The notes beneath the pieces were generated by a model. The model saw only the letters and a list, made by a program, of their open reading frames with translations, was not told where the DNA came from and did no database searches. A stretch of 64,000 nucleotides of DNA from the NCBI RefSeq assembly GCF_009834535.1, contig NC_045697.1, forward strand, positions 23,624,001 through 23,688,000, given 5' to 3'. A program made the position numbers and the translations under genes. Source of the stretch: Camelus ferus (taxonomy: Eukaryota). Of the stretch, positions 59,768 through 64,000 are shown piece by piece; position 1 is the stretch's first letter, and each line of letters starts with the position of its first letter.

Positions 59768-62104
59768 CTTCTTACTAGTGTGAATATTTACTTGTATTCT
59801 GTAAATGAAAATAACGTGAAAAGCAAGTAGATTCACATGGATGGAACATCTGCCAATAACCAGTTGACAATTTCAGAACATCTCTCTCTAGAAAAAGCTG
59901 GCCATCCTGGAGTCCCTGCTTAGTTCTCCTAACTCTGGAGAGAAAGGGTGTCACCTGAAAAAGATACAGTGCTCTTTTGAGACCAAAAGGTCTACTCACC
60001 ACAGATACTTCAGCCTCACACACATACAATCAGTATTTTTAAAAATATGTTTTGAGAGGGAAGGAATGAGCCACAGTCCACTAAAACTAAGCATAATTCT
60101 TCTTCATGGCTAATGAACGAGGGCAAGTATACAAAGGGAACTGATTACTCCAGTTCTCTGTAATTGCAAGGAAATTCTTTTGTGCACACACACACTCATA
60201 TACTCACAGCAGAGAATCAGGTGAAATATTGTCTTAGTGGAGTTTTAAGTGCAGTCTTTCTCTTGACCAAGGTATAGATTTGTAGTGTTACATCACTTAA
60301 AAAAAAAACTGCTTTTATTTGTACTTTAGTCTAGAAGCTTCCTGTTACACAATGGATCGATCTTACTCCAGCTTACAAAATTACTCCAAAATGGACTTGA
60401 TTCCTTCAACCTTTCTACTTAAAATGTCACTAAAGCTTGCATGACCAGGGCAGGATGCACTTTTGCTCCAGTACATATTACTTGCATACCTGATTGTGTT
60501 TCCTAATTGAGAAAAATTGTCAGTGGCTGACCTGAGTCCTTCCACTAATAAAAACTAAACTCAGGGATTTAAATCCCTGATTTAAATCTTACCTATCTTG
60601 TAAATGCCCTTCAAATATTAAAGTAGAAAATCTCCTGGAGTTTCAATAGTGATGCAGTCAATTGGTTATTTCTACATTCTAGAGTTAACCACAGAGACTA
60701 AGAGATAAATTACACACTTCATAAAATAAATAGCACATTCAGATACTGTGTTAGTACTGTTATCATATTCTATATATTCTCTTAATTACAAAAACTAAAT
60801 GTCAAAATATAAAATTTCAAAATGAACCTATAATTCTCTGCATGAGAGGATTTTTCTAATTTATTTCTTATTTTTTGTATAAGTTTAGTTGAATTCCCCT
60901 TTCATGAAATCTATCTTCTTTTTGAGTGAAAACCATAGCATTTATGTGCTACATATAAGGAGCAAATGTACGTGTATTTCCCTGTTTATCTGCATTTCAA
61001 ATTCTTTAAATGAATGAAACCCATGGAGCAATTTCAGAGTAGTCTAACTCTAGACACTAAACAAAAAGTCATTTTACCTCTCAGTGAAAACTCAGCAAGA
61101 TTTAGTGGACATCATCCTTGATGGAAAGGAATTCACTGTTCAGGCCTGGATTTTACATCAACATGATGTTATTAAACCTTTTGACACAATTTTCTGAATG
61201 TCAGCTTTCTCATCAGTAAAATGAGGTGCATTTTAGGCATTCAATAACAACTTATTGGTAGGCTGTTGTATTGATCAGCTAATGAATACCATATGTTTGT
61301 AAGAAGCAGGACATTCATTGTTACTTTGTGAGAAATGACCTTAGTACTAGAAATAAAAACAGGGGTTGATTATTGAGAAACTTCGAAACACTGAGTGTTG
61401 AATGTTAGGCAAATTACATAGAATTTTTTGAGTACCATTTTTGCAAGTTTCCTGTAAGCCTGAACTTACATTAATATATAATATTTTCTGAAACTAGCAA
61501 CAGTAGGCTTCAGACTTCTCATCTTGAGAATCCATGATGATCTCAAAGAATCCTTACAAATGTAACATTCTTTAGTTCAATAAAACACTTAATCAAGGTA
61601 AGTCTTCATGGTAGCATACTTCATAGCAAGCAGGATTCTTAAAGCTGACTTTCAAAATTAACTTTACACCAAACTAGCTGTAATCTAGCAGGATCTTTGG
61701 ATTTAGGAAACTCATTTTTCAGTATAATAAGATACATGCTGGGCCTGAATGTCATTAGGCAAAACATGTTTATCTGCTACCTTGTTAAGTGTTTAATATT
61801 GCCTTAAAATTAATGAAATTCACCCCAACTCACTATTTTCGCAGTTCTTACAGTATTGCAAAAGCTCATATAATGATTGTCATTAGTAAAAAATAAAACA
61901 GAGCTGATATAATATGTATTTAAAAAAAAAAACTCTTACCTGACCACAGCAAGACTACCTTCATTCTCAACTGGCATTCAGAGACTTTGGGTGTGTTTGT
62001 GCACAAGGCTGCCTTTTTCTATCCTATTTGAATGTTTTCAGATTTGCTTCATGAATTCAGGTTTTTGAAATACTTAGAAGACAACATTCATTATTTCCTC
62101 AAAA

Positions 62105-62425
62105 CAGCAACCAATCTAGCAGAAAAAAGGAGTTCCATGGAGTTGTACAAAATGAAAGACTTTTGCAGGCAGAAGGGAGCAGGAACAAGGAAATTATACT
62201 AGACAGAAAGGCTGCTTGATTATTAGTATAAGGTTATTTTCCTTTAGGGTGTGGCAAGGATCTATCAGGAGGATTACCTAACTAGTTCTGACTATGCAAT
62301 TCCTGATTGACTGGTTTAAGATTCCATTTCTGAGAGAGACAAAACTGTAATTAAGTCTTAAGTTTGGTGATACGGAATTTAGCAAAAGTAACTCCCTTTT
62401 GGTCCTGTTGTATGGTTTTTTAACA
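62105..62425 (-). mobile_element. ERV1 LTR (MER4-group, MER57/MER65-like), 3'-truncated
   Basis: Reverse complement begins TGTTAAAAA and aligns co-linearly with 63362-63786 (e.g. ACTTAATTACAGTTTTG, CAGAAATGGAATCTTAAA, AAAAGTCTTTCATTT) up to GCTAGATTGGTTGCTG. Confidence 0.85.
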
Positions 62426-63339
62426 AAAGCTTACAATTGGGTCTTTTGGGAGGCAGGATAACATTTTTTATATTGAGACTAAGGGAAACAAAATAGCTGC
62501 ATATTTCTAGTCATTTAATGCCTTTCATTTTTTTCAACTTAACAAATATCTTCATTTGTTTTATTCAAAAGGCCAATTGATAATATGAGGATACTATAGT
62601 GGAGTATTTTCTTATGACAAATGAAACTGACAAAAATATAAAAATTCAGGCTGTGGAAATGACAGAGCAAACAAGCTTAGAGAAAATATTTTCTTCATTC
62701 TTGGGTAAAGTAAATGCACACTACTCTCCAAAAATTATCCACTCCCTTCATGCCCCATTTTGATTGGTCTCAGAGCCTAAAATAAAATTGTTTTGCATGG
62801 CATATTTGTCTTAAAGCTCAACATTTTTGCAAAGTCCTTTAGAAGCAATAGCCCAGCGGTATCTCGGATGATATCCAATATATTAAAAAATAGAAGAGGA
62901 CATTTCTGAAGCATTAGTGGTGCTAGTGAGGAGAATAGGGAAGCAGACAGTAGCAGAAACCCAGTGAGAGTAAAAAACAGATCAAAACTGAAGAGGATCC
63001 AAAGAAGTCAGTTTTGCATTGGTACGTTTTTTTTCCCCTTCCTTTTTTATGTCTTTGTACCAGTTTTAGTTTTCTCCGGACAGATAACTTTTTTAACATT
63101 AAACAACTTACTCTATCTAAAAGTCTCACTCCTTTAGCACTAATAGAAAGTGGAATTGAAATCTGTATGAAGAACTGAGCATGTCAGTGACCCTTAATAC
63201 TTTGTATGTTGCCAGCAGGATATTATGGAATATATTCGTAATGACATTTCATTGTTCATGTTAATTCATCTGATCTGAAAACCTAGAAGCTGGCTCTTAT
63301 TAGAATTTTGGTCAATTTCTTGAGTCAATTAATCAGGGT

Positions 63340-64000
63340 TTTATTAGACAGGGTTCTCCAGTGTTAAAAACAAGACAACAGTCCCAAAATGGAGTCACTT
63401 ATGGTAAGTTGCATGTCACTAAGCTGAGATTTAACTTAATTACAGTTTTGGCTCTCCCAGAAATGGAATCTTAAATCAGTTAATCAGGGATTGCCTGATC
63501 AGCACTAGCTAGGTAATCTGCCTGATAGACCCCTGTCATCTCCTAAAGAAAAGTAACCTTGTAATAACCAACCTGTTGTGTGTGTGTGTGGGGGGGCCTG
63601 TTGTTTGTTTGTTTGTTTGTTTTGCCTAGTATAACTTCCGTAACTTCTACCTGTAAAAGTCTTTCATTTGGTACAGCTCCTTGGAGCTCCTTTCTATCTG
63701 GCTAGACTGGATGCTGCCCAATTTGAATCAATTTTTGCTCAAATAAACTAAAAAATTTTAACATGCCTCAGGTTTATCTTTTAATATCAGAGAAATAGAA
63801 CCAACAGATTATATATATTCAGAGACAGAGAGAGAATGAATGACTGTGAGACTCTGAGACAGATTTATTTTAAGGGATTGGCTCATGTGATTGTGGGGGC
63901 TGGCAAGTCCAATATTTGTAGTGCAGGTATGCAGATCAGGAGACTGGAAACTCAGGCAGTATTTCAATTACAGAATTCTTTCTTCTTCAAGAAGCACCAG
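63340..64000 (-). mobile_element. MLT2 (MLT2C/D-like) ERVL LTR, split by an ERV1 LTR and running off the window
   Basis: TATTAGACAGGGTTCTCCAG | AGAAATAGAACCAA...GATTTATTTTAAGGGATTGGCTCATGTGATTGTGGGGGCTGGCAAGTCC...CTGGAAACTCAGGCAG. Confidence 0.88.
63362..63786 (+). mobile_element. ERV1 solo LTR (MER4-group, MER57/MER65-like), full length
   Basis: TGTTAAAAA...CCAAAATGGAGTCACTT...GGATGCTGCCCAATTTGAATC...GCTCAAATAAAC...TCTTTTAATA; 4-bp TSD CCAG/TCAG. Confidence 0.87.

Noticed and set aside
59099..59778. AACTTGGTACTAG and AACTTCTTACTAG as TSDs of a retrocopy ending in A25
   Set aside because: Two mismatches in 13 nt fit poorly with a pristine A25 tail and are plausible by chance in AT-rich DNA.
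59955..59999. Minus-strand donor GTG|GTGAGT and acceptor TTTCAG|G as one intron
   Set aside because: Only 45 nt apart, below the usual minimum mammalian intron length.
574..63129. The many 60-140 aa ORFs in the supplied track as host genes
   Set aside because: They are short, biased toward F/L/I/K, often begin at non-ATG codons, resemble no protein I recognise, and many lie inside TEs or microsatellites.
1..64000. CRISPR arrays, operons, prokaryotic systems, CpG-island promoter
   Set aside because: The sequence is clearly mammalian, with no repeat-spacer arrays, no dense long ORFs and CpG depleted throughout.

Overview
This is AT-rich, CpG-poor mammalian genomic DNA with no CpG island, no recognisable host protein-coding exon and no RNA gene. 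It is most consistent with a gene desert or a very large intron. A Vic-1-type tRNA-derived SINE (41964-42061) and a young L1 with a camelid-type 3' UTR point to a camelid (alpaca/llama/camel); I saw no Alu, Bov-A/BovB, PRE or Can-SINE. Much of the window is decayed transposons: L1 of several ages, L2, MIR, MaLR (MLT1), ERVL (MLT2, LTR33-like, MER74-like, ERV-L pol), ERV1 LTRs and hAT MITEs (MER5A, MER3, MER94). The only convincing ORF is the C-terminal 164 aa of a young L1 ORF2p (53039-53533). The most notable structures are: an ancient internally deleted ERV-L provirus flanked by two LTR33-like repeats (17.0-19.9 kb); a possible ~1 kb inversion breaking through an L1 (6.9-9.3 kb); an inverted pair of same-family ERV1 LTRs, one truncated and pointing at a strong splice donor (61.9-63.8 kb); an unassigned long imperfect inverted repeat (23.6-23.8 kb); candidate enhancers (an RFX X-box and an EBF-motif cluster); and several near-perfect palindromes. 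I found no demonstrable novel biological system. Repeat family names come from my recall of consensus sequences, not from a search, and boundaries of old repeats are approximate.
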